A stretch of DNA of 64,000 nt, from positions 101 to 64,100 of the forward strand of contig DASSQD010000047.1 in assembly GCA_035702665.1 (NCBI GenBank). The letters are read 5' to 3'. This DNA is from Burkholderiales bacterium. GTDB taxonomy: Bacteria > Pseudomonadota > Gammaproteobacteria > Burkholderiales > SG8-39. The translations under genes were made by a program, and so were the position numbers. Each line of letters opens with the position of its first letter. Positions within the stretch are counted from its first letter, which is position 1. The notes under the pieces are model-generated. The model was not told the origin of the DNA. It worked only from the letters and a program-made list of their open reading frames with translations, and did not search any database. This document shows positions 36,962 to 46,481 of the stretch, one piece after another.

Positions 36962-38658
36962 AGCGCCGGATGATCCTCGACAAGGACGTCGCCGTGCCCA
37001 TGCGCGACGGCGCGGTGCTGCGCGCGAACGTCTTCCGCCCCGACACGCCGGGAACGTTTCCGGTGCTGATGACGCTCGGGCCCTACGGCAAGGACGTGCA
37101 CCTGTCGCAGTTCATGCCCGAGGCCTGGGAAGCGCTGCAACGGCGGCACCCCGAGATTCTCAGGACCTCGTCGTGCAAATATCTCGTATTCGAGACGCCC
37201 GACCCGGAGATGTGGATACCGCACGGCTACGCCGTCGTGAAGGTCGATTCGCGCGGCTCGGGCAAGTCGCCGGGCCGGCTCGACGTGAACTCGCCCGCCG
37301 AGTTCCGGGATTTCTACGATGCGATCGAATGGGCGGCAGCCCGGCCTTGGTCGAGCGGCAAGGTCGGGCTGCTCGGCATCTCTTACTACGCCGCCGGGCA
37401 ATGGATGATCGCGGCGGAACGCCCGCCGCACCTCGCCGCGATGCTCCCCTGGCAGGGAACGTACGACTTCTACCGCGACCGCACGCGCCAGGGCGGGATC
37501 CTCGGCGCGGGCTTCCTGCAACGCTGGTGGAACCGCAGCGTGCTGCGCAACCAGCACGGCAACCCCGACACCCCGCTCCTCGACATCGACACCGGCCTGC
37601 GCAACACCGGCCCCGAAAGCCTGTCACCGGAACAGCTCGCGGCAAACCGCGAGGACTACATCGGAAACCTGCTCGCGCGCCCGCTGAGCGGACCCTGGTA
37701 CGAGGAGCGCAGCGCGAAGCTCGACCGCATCACGATCCCGGCGCTCGTCGTCGCCAACTGGGGCGGGCTCGGCCTGCACCTGCGCGGCACGATCCTGGGG
37801 TACCTCGGCATCGCCTCGCGCGAGAAATGGCTGAAGGTCCAGTCGGGGTCCTACTTCTTCACCTTCCTGCTACCGCAGAACGTCGCGCTGCAGCGAAGAT
37901 TCTTCGACCGCTATCTCAAGGGCGTCGAGAACGGCTGGGAGAAGGAACCAAGAGTTGAGGTCGAAGTACGGGCGGTCAACGACACGGTGAAGCGCACGGT
38001 GCGCGACGCGCACTGGCCGCTCTCCGGAACGAAGTGGACGCGGCTGTATCTCGATGCGTCCAGCCTCGCCCTCACCTCTTGCGCTCCGCCCAAGCCAGCC
38101 AGCACGAGCTATGCCGCCATTGGCGAAGGCGTGACCTTCAGCACCGCACCGCTCGAGCGGACGCTCGAATTCGCCGGACCGATCAAGGCGAAGCTCTTCG
38201 TATCGTCCGCCACCGACGACATGGACGTCTTCGCGACACTGCGCGCCTTCGATCCGGCGGGGAAGGAAGCCACCTTCTTCTCGGCCGTCGAGCCGAAGGC
38301 GCCAATCTCGCAAGGCTGGCTGCGCGTATCGCAGCGCAAGCTCGACCCGAAGCGCTCGACCGATTGGCAGCCCTGGCACACGCACGATGAAGCGCAGAAG
38401 TTCAAGCCCGGCGAGGTCGTCGAGGTCGACCTCGAGATCTGGCCGGGAAGCGCGTCGCTCCCCGCCGGCTGGCGGCTCGCGCTCACCCTCCAGGGCAAGG
38501 ATTTCGAGCGGCCGGGCGAGACCGGCCCGCAGCGAGGGTCGGGCTGGTTCCTGCACGACGACCCGCGCGACCGGCCGCCCGCGAGCTTCGGCGGCACGCA
38601 TACGGTATACAGTGGCGGCGGGCACGAGGCCTACCTGCTCCTGCCGGAGAGCCTGTGA
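36958..38658 (+). CDS. CocE/NonD family hydrolase (peptidase S15)
   Basis: VPMRDG, PYGK, VDSRGSG, GISYYA nucleophile, PepX_C-like C-terminus. Confidence 0.92.
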   Translation: MKRRMILDKDVAVPMRDGAVLRANVFRPDTPGTFPVLMTLGPYGKDVHLSQFMPEAWEALQRRHPEILRTSSCKYLVFETPDPEMWIPHGYAVVKVDSRGSGKSPGRLDVNSPAEFRDFYDAIEWAAARPWSSGKVGLLGISYYAAGQWMIAAERPPHLAAMLPWQGTYDFYRDRTRQGGILGAGFLQRWWNRSVLRNQHGNPDTPLLDIDTGLRNTGPESLSPEQLAANREDYIGNLLARPLSGPWYEERSAKLDRITIPALVVANWGGLGLHLRGTILGYLGIASREKWLKVQSGSYFFTFLLPQNVALQRRFFDRYLKGVENGWEKEPRVEVEVRAVNDTVKRTVRDAHWPLSGTKWTRLYLDASSLALTSCAPPKPASTSYAAIGEGVTFSTAPLERTLEFAGPIKAKLFVSSATDDMDVFATLRAFDPAGKEATFFSAVEPKAPISQGWLRVSQRKLDPKRSTDWQPWHTHDEAQKFKPGEVVEVDLEIWPGSASLPAGWRLALTLQGKDFERPGETGPQRGSGWFLHDDPRDRPPASFGGTHTVYSGGGHEAYLLLPESL

Positions 38659-39050
38659 AGAAACTAGCCCATCTACTTCAATGCTTATTGATGGGCATCA
38701 CGGTTAGTTCATGTGCAGCGCGTTTCGCAACTCTTCGCCTTGTGGGGACCAACGAGATCGATTCAACTCTTGAAAAGGGTCAGCAAGTCGTGGGCGAGGC
38801 CTGTGGCTATTCAATTGTGTATGTTCCGGTTCGTGCTGCCAGTGTGGAGAAGGCGATTGAAAACGCACTTCAGAAAGAGAACGGCGACCTTCTCTTGGAT
38901 GTCCGCGCTACCCAGACGTTTTGGGGGATTCCCTTGGTCTTTCCCGCCTTGTATCTCAATGAGTGTTACCAAGTAAGCGGTACGGTCGCGTACGTCAAAC
39001 CGAAGACGGATCGACCCTCCTCCCTTGAAAACAAAGACAGCCAGAAGTAG
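38655..39050 (+). CDS. TRL-like family lipoprotein (lower GC)
   Basis: Lipobox-like VSSC; GEAC..SI.......ASVEKAIENAL; AT-richer codon usage. Confidence 0.7.
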   Translation: MKKLAHLLQCLLMGITVSSCAARFATLRLVGTNEIDSTLEKGQQVVGEACGYSIVYVPVRAASVEKAIENALQKENGDLLLDVRATQTFWGIPLVFPALYLNECYQVSGTVAYVKPKTDRPSSLENKDSQK

Positions 39051-39522
39051 ATGGCTGATCAGGACGGCTTCGGCACTGATGTGTTGTCTTCTTACATCGT
39101 GCTTCGGCAGCTACAACTACGGATTGATTGGAGTCGCGACTACGAGAAACATCGAACTCTCAGGGGAAACGGGCGCCCGAGTGCGTGGTGAAGCCTGCCG
39201 CTCCAGGATCTTTGTCGTTCCGACCGGGCTCATTACCATTAGAGAAGCTATCGAAGATGCCTTGAGAAAAGGCAATGGAGATTTCCTTCGTGATGCGGTC
39301 ATAGAATTTGAAGACTTGGGGATCCCTTTCGTGTACGAACGAGAGTGCTGGTTTGCTGAAGGGACAATTCTCAAGCTTCAACACCCCGAGGCGGTGGGAC
39401 CTAGCGCGGCGACGCCTCAAAGAACCGATACACAGCGTGATACCCCCGCACCTGGTGAGGATGTGGTCAACTGCTTTTCGGGCGGAGAGCGAAGGTGGGT
39501 ACGCAGTTCGAAATGCGACTAG
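39025..39522 (+). CDS. TRL-like family lipoprotein (lower GC), paralogue of the upstream gene
   Basis: Lipobox LTSC; GEACRSRI...TIREAIEDAL..GNGD.L.D...EC; start uncertain. Confidence 0.68.
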   Translation: MKTKTARSRWLIRTASALMCCLLTSCFGSYNYGLIGVATTRNIELSGETGARVRGEACRSRIFVVPTGLITIREAIEDALRKGNGDFLRDAVIEFEDLGIPFVYERECWFAEGTILKLQHPEAVGPSAATPQRTDTQRDTPAPGEDVVNCFSGGERRWVRSSKCD

Positions 39523-39601
39523 TAGGAGCAAGCATTGCTACCTAACCCCACTTGGAGCATGTGGGCGTTGAACGCCCTATGTCCATGAAGCAGGAGAACC
39601 C

Positions 39602-41248
39602 ATGATCACAGGCGCGCAAGCGGTCGTCGATTGCCTCAAGCGCGAGGGCATCGACCACGTGTTCGGCATCCCGGGCACGATGAACCTGCCGATCCTCGAC
39701 GTGCTGCGCGCGACGCCCGAGGTCCGCTTCGTCCTCACCCGCCACGAGCAGGGCGCCGCGTTCATGGCCTACGGCTACGCGCGCTCGCTGCATCGGCCCG
39801 CGGTCGTCACGGCCACCGAGGGGCCGGGCGTCACGAACCTGGTGACGGGCATCGGCGCCGCGTGGAAGGGCTACGTCCCGGTCATCAGCATCAGCGGCGC
39901 GCAGGACCTGTTCGTGCGCGAGAAGGATGCGAGCCAGGACATCGACCAGGTGACCCTGCATCGCTCGATCACGAAGTGGGCCTACTCGGTCCCCTCGGTC
40001 GGCAAGATCCAGGAAGCGGTGCGGCGCGCGTTCCGCGTCGCCCTGGCCGAGCCGCTCGGTCCGGTGCACATCGACGTCTCGCGGGACATCCTCCTGCAGC
40101 AGACCGAGCCCGAGGTGATCCCGCCGGAGGCGTACCGGCCTGCCTCGCGGCCGGCTTGCGCAGCGCACGAGCTCGACCGCGCCGCCGCGCTGATCGCAAA
40201 CGCCGAGCGGCCCATCCTGCTCGCCGGCGGCGGCGTGCTGCGCGAAGGCGCGCTCGCGGCGTTGCAGCGACTCGCCGAGTCGACCGGAATCCCGGTCGCG
40301 ACGCTCCAATACCACCCGGACGCGTTTCCGACGAGCCACGCGCTCTCTCTCGGACCGCTCGGCCGCAACGGTTATTCGAGCGCGAACCGCGCAATGCCCG
40401 AGGCCGACGTCGTCGTCGCCCTGGGCGCGCACATCGACACGTTCTCGACGAACTTCAAATACGGAATCATCAGCAAGCACGCGAAGCTCATCCATCACAG
40501 CCCGGTGGCGACGGATATCGGCGTGGTTTTTCCGGTGACGCAGGCGGTCGCCGGGTCCACGGCGAGCTTCATCGAAGGACTCACCGAGCGCCTCGGCCGG
40601 GCCAAGAAGAAATGGCAATGGGCGGACGTCGCCAGGCTGCGCTCAGACTGGGACGCCGAGCGCAAGAAGCTGCTCGATCGCAGGCGCACGCCCATCCTGC
40701 CGCCGGTCGCCGCGGCAGCGGTGCGCGAGGCTTTGCCTGAGGACGGCATCGTGATCGTCGACGCGGGCAACGCCGGCAAGCACATGCGCGTCTTCATGGA
40801 CACGTTCCGGCCCGACACCTATATGTATACCGATGATTGGGGATCGGTCGGCGCGGCCTTCCCGATCGCGATGGGGGCGAAGCTCGCGCGGCCGAAGCAG
40901 CCCGTGGTCGCCGCGATCGGCGACATGGGCATGATGTGCAACCTCGGCGAGCTGGAGACCGCGGTACGAGAGCGCATCCCGGTGGTGTGCGTCGTGTTCA
41001 ACGACCTCGGCCTCGGCAACGAGCGCGCCTTCCAGAAGGAGCTCTACGGCGGCCGTACCTTCGCGGTGGACTACGGTGACGTCGACTTCGCCGCGCTCGC
41101 GCGCGTGTTCGGGGCCTTCGGCGAGCGCGTGACCGAGCCATCCGAAGTTCTGCCCGCGGTAAAGCGGGCGCTCGACAGCGGCCGTCCCGCGGTCGTCGAC
41201 GTCGTGATCGACAAGGACACTCACGCCGCGGTGGTGCACAAGGCCTAG
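39602..41248 (+). CDS. ThDP-dependent enzyme (acetolactate synthase/Xsc-like family)
   Basis: FGIPG, RHEQGAAFMA, GPGVTN, GPLG.NG, ThDP motif GDMG...N; RBS AGGAG. Confidence 0.9.
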   Translation: MITGAQAVVDCLKREGIDHVFGIPGTMNLPILDVLRATPEVRFVLTRHEQGAAFMAYGYARSLHRPAVVTATEGPGVTNLVTGIGAAWKGYVPVISISGAQDLFVREKDASQDIDQVTLHRSITKWAYSVPSVGKIQEAVRRAFRVALAEPLGPVHIDVSRDILLQQTEPEVIPPEAYRPASRPACAAHELDRAAALIANAERPILLAGGGVLREGALAALQRLAESTGIPVATLQYHPDAFPTSHALSLGPLGRNGYSSANRAMPEADVVVALGAHIDTFSTNFKYGIISKHAKLIHHSPVATDIGVVFPVTQAVAGSTASFIEGLTERLGRAKKKWQWADVARLRSDWDAERKKLLDRRRTPILPPVAAAAVREALPEDGIVIVDAGNAGKHMRVFMDTFRPDTYMYTDDWGSVGAAFPIAMGAKLARPKQPVVAAIGDMGMMCNLGELETAVRERIPVVCVVFNDLGLGNERAFQKELYGGRTFAVDYGDVDFAALARVFGAFGERVTEPSEVLPAVKRALDSGRPAVVDVVIDKDTHAAVVHKA

Positions 41249-42162
41249 GTTTTGCCTCCTCCGGCGACCATCCGCCGGAAATGCGCTTCCATCCGCGCCG
41301 CATCCGGCTTGACGCCGGTGAAGAGCTCGAACGCTTCGACCGCCTGCCACACCGCCATTCCGCCGCCGTCCAGAGTGCGGCAACCCCGCTCGCGGGCGGC
41401 GCGCAGCAGCTCCGTCTCGAGCGGGACATAGACGACCTCGGCGAGCCACATTTCCGGTCGAAGCAAGGACGGATCGAAAGGGAGCCCCGGGTGGCCCGCC
41501 ATTCCCGTGGGAGTGGCGTGGACCACGCCGTCCGCCCGTTTTGCTATGGGTGCGATCTGCGTGGCGGAAGCGAGAACCCGGCCCGGGAACCGCTTGGACA
41601 TTCTTTGAGTCAGCGCCTTTGCCCGTTCATCGTCGCGGTCGACGATGAACAGGCGCTCGGTTCCCGAAGCGAGGAGCGCATACGCCACGGCCGCCCCTGC
41701 GCCGCCGGCGCCGATCAGGACCACGGTCTGCTTCGAGACATCCGCGAGCTTCTCGCGAAACGGAATCAGGAACCCAGCGCAATCGGTGTTGAACCCCTTG
41801 CGCCTGCCGTTTCGAAATACCACGGTGTTCACCGCATCGATCGCCAGGGCGTCGTCGGAGAGCTCGCTGAGCAGCGGCAGCACCGCCTGCTTGCACGGGT
41901 ACGTAATGTTGAGGCCGTCGAATCCCATCCCTTCCGCCGATTCGATGAGGCGTGGCAGGTCGGCGACCTTGCGCCCGTCTTGGGCGAGATCGATCAGCTC
42001 GTAGTGCAGCGTGAACCCGCAATGCCGCGCCTCCGCCTCATGCAGCGCGGGAGAACGCGATCCTTGAATTCCCTCGCCGATCAGGCCGACCAGGAACTTG
42101 GTCTTCTCGCGGCTCGGGGCCGGAGCGCTGACGCCTCCGTTCTGGCCTTCCGTCTGCGTCAT
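41245..42162 (-). CDS. Shikimate/quinate dehydrogenase (AroE superfamily, catabolic type)
   Basis: GLIG...SRSPALH, GLNITYPCKQ, AVNTV, NTD, GAGGAG, ATPTGM, YVPLET, DGGGM..Q. Confidence 0.93.
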   Translation of the reverse strand: MTQTEGQNGGVSAPAPSREKTKFLVGLIGEGIQGSRSPALHEAEARHCGFTLHYELIDLAQDGRKVADLPRLIESAEGMGFDGLNITYPCKQAVLPLLSELSDDALAIDAVNTVVFRNGRRKGFNTDCAGFLIPFREKLADVSKQTVVLIGAGGAGAAVAYALLASGTERLFIVDRDDERAKALTQRMSKRFPGRVLASATQIAPIAKRADGVVHATPTGMAGHPGLPFDPSLLRPEMWLAEVVYVPLETELLRAARERGCRTLDGGGMAVWQAVEAFELFTGVKPDAARMEAHFRRMVAGGGKT

Positions 42163-42178
42163 TCGCTCTTCGGCTCGA

Positions 42179-43072
42179 TCAGGAACGATGCGGTGCGGGT
42201 ATGGTAAGCCCTGGCGGAGTGCCGGTCACGTTCAGGGTCAGCGCGCGATCGCCGGACGCGTTCAGGAAATTGTCGGTCGCTCTGAGGGCCAGCTTGACGT
42301 ACTCCTCGACACCCAGGAGCTTCGATAGAAAGGCCCGGGGGATCTCCAGCGCGCACGGGATCGTCGGCGGGAGACGCGCCAGGATCTCGCGAACGGGAAG
42401 ACCGCCTTCCCCGGGAAACAGTCGTGCAAAGCGCGCGGCGTGGATGACCTCTTCCTTTGTCGCAGGCGCCTGCGCGGGCGCATCGCAGACCTGGGCGTAG
42501 CGGAACCACTCGCGCGGCAGCTTCCCGAGGTCCTCGAGGCTCGAGCCGGAGCGCGCGAAATGCAGCGTATCGACGAGCACGCCCGCGTTGGGCTGACCCG
42601 CCGCGCGCAGCATGCTGGCCGCCGCGGCAAGGTCCGGGGTTTCCGTCCACGACACGAACTCGAGATCGATCCCCAGACCCAACGGCCGGGCGAGCTCGCA
42701 CAGCGCACAGAAGCGCTCGAGGGCGCGGGCGCGGTCGGGGTCCGGGAGCTGCGTCAGAACGTGGGAAGCTCCGAGCTCGGCGCCGGCTTCGAGGATGGGC
42801 GCATAGCTACGTGCGTCCCTGTCCGGCCCCATCCGCGCGAGCTCGATGTCCAGAACGGCGACCCCGCTGTCGGCCAGCCGCGCCTTGGTCTCCGCCATCA
42901 ACACGCGATCCTCGGCGAGCGCGTAGAGCGGCTCGTCCGGCGTCACCCGGTTCAGGCGCAGCCCGACGTACTTGTAGCCCGCTCGCGCCGCGACTTCGAC
43001 CAGCCGCGGAGGAGAAAGCGACAGCGCGGTGAGGTGAGCGAGCGAGAACTCGCAGGGACGTTCGCGATTCAC
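42179..43072 (-). CDS. Sugar-phosphate isomerase/epimerase TIM-barrel protein (AP endonuclease 2 / IolE-like fold)
   Basis: GTGA overlap with upstream ThDP gene; SLAHLT, LEF, VD.LH, QVCD, R.FPGEG, LEIP. Confidence 0.88.
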   Translation of the reverse strand: MNRERPCEFSLAHLTALSLSPPRLVEVAARAGYKYVGLRLNRVTPDEPLYALAEDRVLMAETKARLADSGVAVLDIELARMGPDRDARSYAPILEAGAELGASHVLTQLPDPDRARALERFCALCELARPLGLGIDLEFVSWTETPDLAAAASMLRAAGQPNAGVLVDTLHFARSGSSLEDLGKLPREWFRYAQVCDAPAQAPATKEEVIHAARFARLFPGEGGLPVREILARLPPTIPCALEIPRAFLSKLLGVEEYVKLALRATDNFLNASGDRALTLNVTGTPPGLTIPAPHRS

Positions 43073-44838
43073 TTGGCCGTCGCGGTGCCCACGTGGTGAA
43101 CCTTCCTGCCGGGCGTGTAGATGTCCATGATGTTCCAGTGCCCCGCGGTCGGAACCGGCTCGTTTTGCATCACCACGTCGATCACGCACGGCCGGCCGGA
43201 CCGGATCGCCCGCTCCAGCGCCGGCTTGAACTCCCGGGCGCTCCGGATCTTCACCCCTTCGATGCCGTAAGCCTGCGCGATCGCCGCGTAGTCGGGCGAG
43301 TAGGGCTTGCCGCTCTTCTCGAAGACCGTGCCGTAGGTCGTGCCGAAATGCGCCTTCTCGAGTCCCGCGATGGTCCCGAAAGCGCAGTTGTTCATGATGA
43401 CCCAGACGACCGCGATGTCCTCCTCGAACGCCGTCGCGAGCAACGACGGGTTCTGGCCGAAGCCCCCGTCGCCGACGAGAGCGACCACTGTGCGGTGGGG
43501 GCACGCGAGCTTCGCGCCGAGCGCCGCGGGCGCGCCGAACCCCATCGTGGCGTAGCCGCCGGGCGTGAGGATGCCGCCCGGCTCGTAGACGGGGAACTGC
43601 TGTCCGACGCCGTTCTTGTTCCAGCCGACGTCGGTGGTGATGAGCGCGTTGCGCGGCAGCGCCTCGCGCACGTCGGCGAGGATCCGCTCCGGGCGCATGG
43701 GGTAGTCGTCGCTCTGCGCGTGCGCGCGGTTGCCCGCGAGGAAGAGCGCGCGCGCCGCGGCGATCTCGCCCTGGCGCTCCGGTCGCCGGATCCCTTCAGG
43801 GAGCAACGAGCGGGCAACGCGGTTGAGCGCCGTCAGCGCCTGCTTCAGGTCGGCGACGGCGCCGATCTCGACCGGGAAGTTGCGCCCGATCTCGGCCGGG
43901 TCGATATCGATGTGCATCAGCCGCGTCGGCGGGAAGTTGAACGTGTACTCGGGCTCCCAGGAGCTGCAGTCGGCCTCGGAGAAGCGCGTTCCCAGGCCCA
44001 GGATCCAGTCGGCGGCGCGGCATTGGTCGTTGATGAATCGTGTGCCCCAGAAGCCCGTCATACCGAGCACGAACGGGTGGTCGTCCGGCAGCGCGCCCTT
44101 GCCCATCAAGGTGTGCGCGACCGGTATCTGCAGGTGGTCGACGAGCTCGCGGAGCCCGGCTGCGGCGTCGGCGAGCAGCACGCCGCCGCCGACGTAGAGC
44201 AGCGGGCGGTTGGCCGCGACGAGCCTGCGCACGATTTCGGCCGCAGTGTCTTCATCCAGCGCGGGCTTCCGCAGGGTCTTCACGTTGGCCGCCAGGCGCT
44301 CGAACAGGGCGACATCGACTTCGTTGGAAAAGACGTCCATGGGCACGTCGACGAGCACGGGGCCCGGCCTGCCGCTTTCGGCGAGCGCGAACGCCTTCTC
44401 GATGACTTCCGGGAAGAGATCCGGGCGGTCCACCCGCCAGGCGCGCTTCACGAAGGGCCTGTAGATCTCGAACTGCGATGCGTCCGCGTGGAGGTTCACC
44501 TCCTGGTGCGGATGCTTGCCGTGATAGTGGGTGGGCACGTCTCCGGCGATGACGACCATCGGCACCGAGTCGAGGGAGGCGTTCGCCACGCCCGTTGCGG
44601 CGTTCGTCAGACCGGGACCGAGATGCGAGAGCACCACCGCGGCCCGCTTCTTCGCCCTGGCGTAGCCGTCGGCCATGTGGGCCGCGATCTGCTCGTGCCG
44701 CACTCCGACGAACCGGACCTTGCTTCGGGACATTTCGGCGAGCACCGCGATATTGGTGTGCCCGCACAGGCCGAAGACGTGCTCGACGCCGCGGGATTCC
44801 AGGTACCTCACCAGTTGGCGGGCGACGAGTTCCTTCAT
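43069..44838 (-). CDS. ThDP-dependent enzyme (GLCGHT type)
   Basis: VFGLCGHTN, RHEQIAAH, GPGLTN, HPHQEVN, TDVG, GDGG...NN; RBS GGAGG. Confidence 0.92.
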   Translation of the reverse strand: MKELVARQLVRYLESRGVEHVFGLCGHTNIAVLAEMSRSKVRFVGVRHEQIAAHMADGYARAKKRAAVVLSHLGPGLTNAATGVANASLDSVPMVVIAGDVPTHYHGKHPHQEVNLHADASQFEIYRPFVKRAWRVDRPDLFPEVIEKAFALAESGRPGPVLVDVPMDVFSNEVDVALFERLAANVKTLRKPALDEDTAAEIVRRLVAANRPLLYVGGGVLLADAAAGLRELVDHLQIPVAHTLMGKGALPDDHPFVLGMTGFWGTRFINDQCRAADWILGLGTRFSEADCSSWEPEYTFNFPPTRLMHIDIDPAEIGRNFPVEIGAVADLKQALTALNRVARSLLPEGIRRPERQGEIAAARALFLAGNRAHAQSDDYPMRPERILADVREALPRNALITTDVGWNKNGVGQQFPVYEPGGILTPGGYATMGFGAPAALGAKLACPHRTVVALVGDGGFGQNPSLLATAFEEDIAVVWVIMNNCAFGTIAGLEKAHFGTTYGTVFEKSGKPYSPDYAAIAQAYGIEGVKIRSAREFKPALERAIRSGRPCVIDVVMQNEPVPTAGHWNIMDIYTPGRKVHHVGTATAK

Positions 44839-44851
44839 CGGCGCCTCCGGC

Positions 44852-46285
44852 TCACGCCGCCACCGGCGCGGCGTCGGACTCGAGCGCGGCGTCGTAGAAC
44901 TCGCCGAAAAGCTCCTCATCCGGCGGACGGTCCTCGGGAATGGGGACCGATACCCAGGTGGTGTTGAGGTAGTGCTTGAGATGCACGTTCTCGGAAACGA
45001 CGTTTCCGCCCCACGTGCCGCAGCCCAGGCTGGAGGTCATCGGCATGCCGTTGTTGAAGGCGCCGGCGTTCGCCTTCGACTGAGGCTGGCGCACCATGAT
45101 GCGGCTCACGGGAGCCGCCAGGGCGAGGCGGTGAATGTGCTCCGGGTCGAACGAGTAGATGCCGCAGGAATGCCCCTTGCCGCCGACCTCGAAGATGGCG
45201 CGCATCATCTCCAGCGCCTGGTCGAAGCCGCTGTACCGGTATACCGCGAGGAGCGTCGTGAGCTTCTCGCTCGAGAAAGGATGCTGACTGCCGATCGCGT
45301 CGCCGGGGACGACGATGAACTTGCGATCCGGGGGGATGGCGAAGCCCGCGGCCGCCGCGAGCTTCTGGGGCGCGACCGCCACGGTATCCGGAAGGCGGTG
45401 GCCATCCCCGTCCCACATGACGCGGCGAAGCGCCGCCTTTTCCGACTCGGAGGCGAGGTAGCCGCCCTCGCGCTGCAATTGCGCGACGAACCGGTCGAAG
45501 ATGCCCGCCTCGATGAGCAGGTTGCCGTCGGCGGAGCAGCCCGAACCGAAGTCCGAGGTCTTGCTCAGCCGGGTGTTGCGCGCCGCTTCCTCGATGTCCG
45601 CGGTCTCGTCGATGATCATCGTCGAGTTGCCCGCGCCCACGCCGTAGGCGGGCGTGCCCGAGCTGTAGGCGGCGCGCACCATCGCCTGACCTCCCGTAGC
45701 GAGGACGAGGTCCGCCCTCGCCATGAGCGCCTGCGACATCGGAATGTTCACGCGGGTCAGGCACTGCAGCATGTCGGGCGGCGCTCCCGCGCGCTCGAGC
45801 GCCTCGCGCATCAGCCTCACGGTCTCGAACGACGTCTTTCTCGAGCGCGGGTGCGGCGAGAATATGACGACATCGCGCGCCTTGATCGCGTAGATCGCGT
45901 TTCCCGCGGGGGTCAGATCGGGGTTCGTGGTGGGCACGATGCAGGCAACGATGCCCGCCGGCTTGCCGTACTTCACGAGCCCCTTCTCGGGCAGCTGCTC
46001 GATGATCCCTACGCTCCTTTGGCGCAGGGCGTCCCGCAGCACGCCGCGGATCTTCAGGCGCTTTCCCATGCGGCTCTCGGCGTCGCCCAGCCCGCTTTCG
46101 GAGATTCCCATTTCGACCAGCCGCGAGAACGTCCGCTTGTTCGCAACGGCCCAGGCGACCGCGCGGCACAAACGATCGACGTCTTCCTGGGTGAATTTTT
46201 CGGCGGCGGCCAGCGCTCTCCCCGCGCGGACGAAGGCCTCGTCGAGTTCCTGCCGCTGCTCGTCAGTGAGTCGCTTGTCGACCAT
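44852..46285 (-). CDS. CoA-acylating aldehyde dehydrogenase (SauS/AdhE-ALDH/EutE-like)
   Basis: PTTNP, SPHPR, ATGG.AMV.AAYSSGTPAYGVGAGN, catalytic GCS, EKL, GHS, LGCGTWGGN. Confidence 0.9.
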   Translation of the reverse strand: MVDKRLTDEQRQELDEAFVRAGRALAAAEKFTQEDVDRLCRAVAWAVANKRTFSRLVEMGISESGLGDAESRMGKRLKIRGVLRDALRQRSVGIIEQLPEKGLVKYGKPAGIVACIVPTTNPDLTPAGNAIYAIKARDVVIFSPHPRSRKTSFETVRLMREALERAGAPPDMLQCLTRVNIPMSQALMARADLVLATGGQAMVRAAYSSGTPAYGVGAGNSTMIIDETADIEEAARNTRLSKTSDFGSGCSADGNLLIEAGIFDRFVAQLQREGGYLASESEKAALRRVMWDGDGHRLPDTVAVAPQKLAAAAGFAIPPDRKFIVVPGDAIGSQHPFSSEKLTTLLAVYRYSGFDQALEMMRAIFEVGGKGHSCGIYSFDPEHIHRLALAAPVSRIMVRQPQSKANAGAFNNGMPMTSSLGCGTWGGNVVSENVHLKHYLNTTWVSVPIPEDRPPDEELFGEFYDAALESDAAPVAA

Positions 46286-46421
46286 GAGTGGAAACTCTCC
46301 CGGCAAAAACCCACCCCGCTCACCCAACGCACCGCAGCACGAGGTGTGCTCTCCGCCGAACGAAATCCGTCGGCGACAAAATGGTAGGTGCGCGCGTATC
46401 CTTGCGTCCATCGCCTGCGGG

Positions 46422-46443
46422 CGCTAGTGCGCGATAATCGGCC
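46422..46443. promoter_or_regulatory. Putative operator for the PcaR/PobR-type IclR regulator (copy 1)
   Basis: CGCTAGTGCGCGATAATCGGCC; CGATAATCG core resembles PcaU/PobR boxes; near-identical inverted copy at 47327-47348. Confidence 0.65.
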
Positions 46444-46481
46444 AGTGGGGAGCGCCTTTCGCGCGCTTTTTGGGAGGAGCC

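Noticed and set aside
44852..46285. Naming as sauS (sulfoacetaldehyde dehydrogenase)
   Set aside because: Same family, but no sauT/sauU or sulfonate genes nearby and the context is quinate/shikimate.
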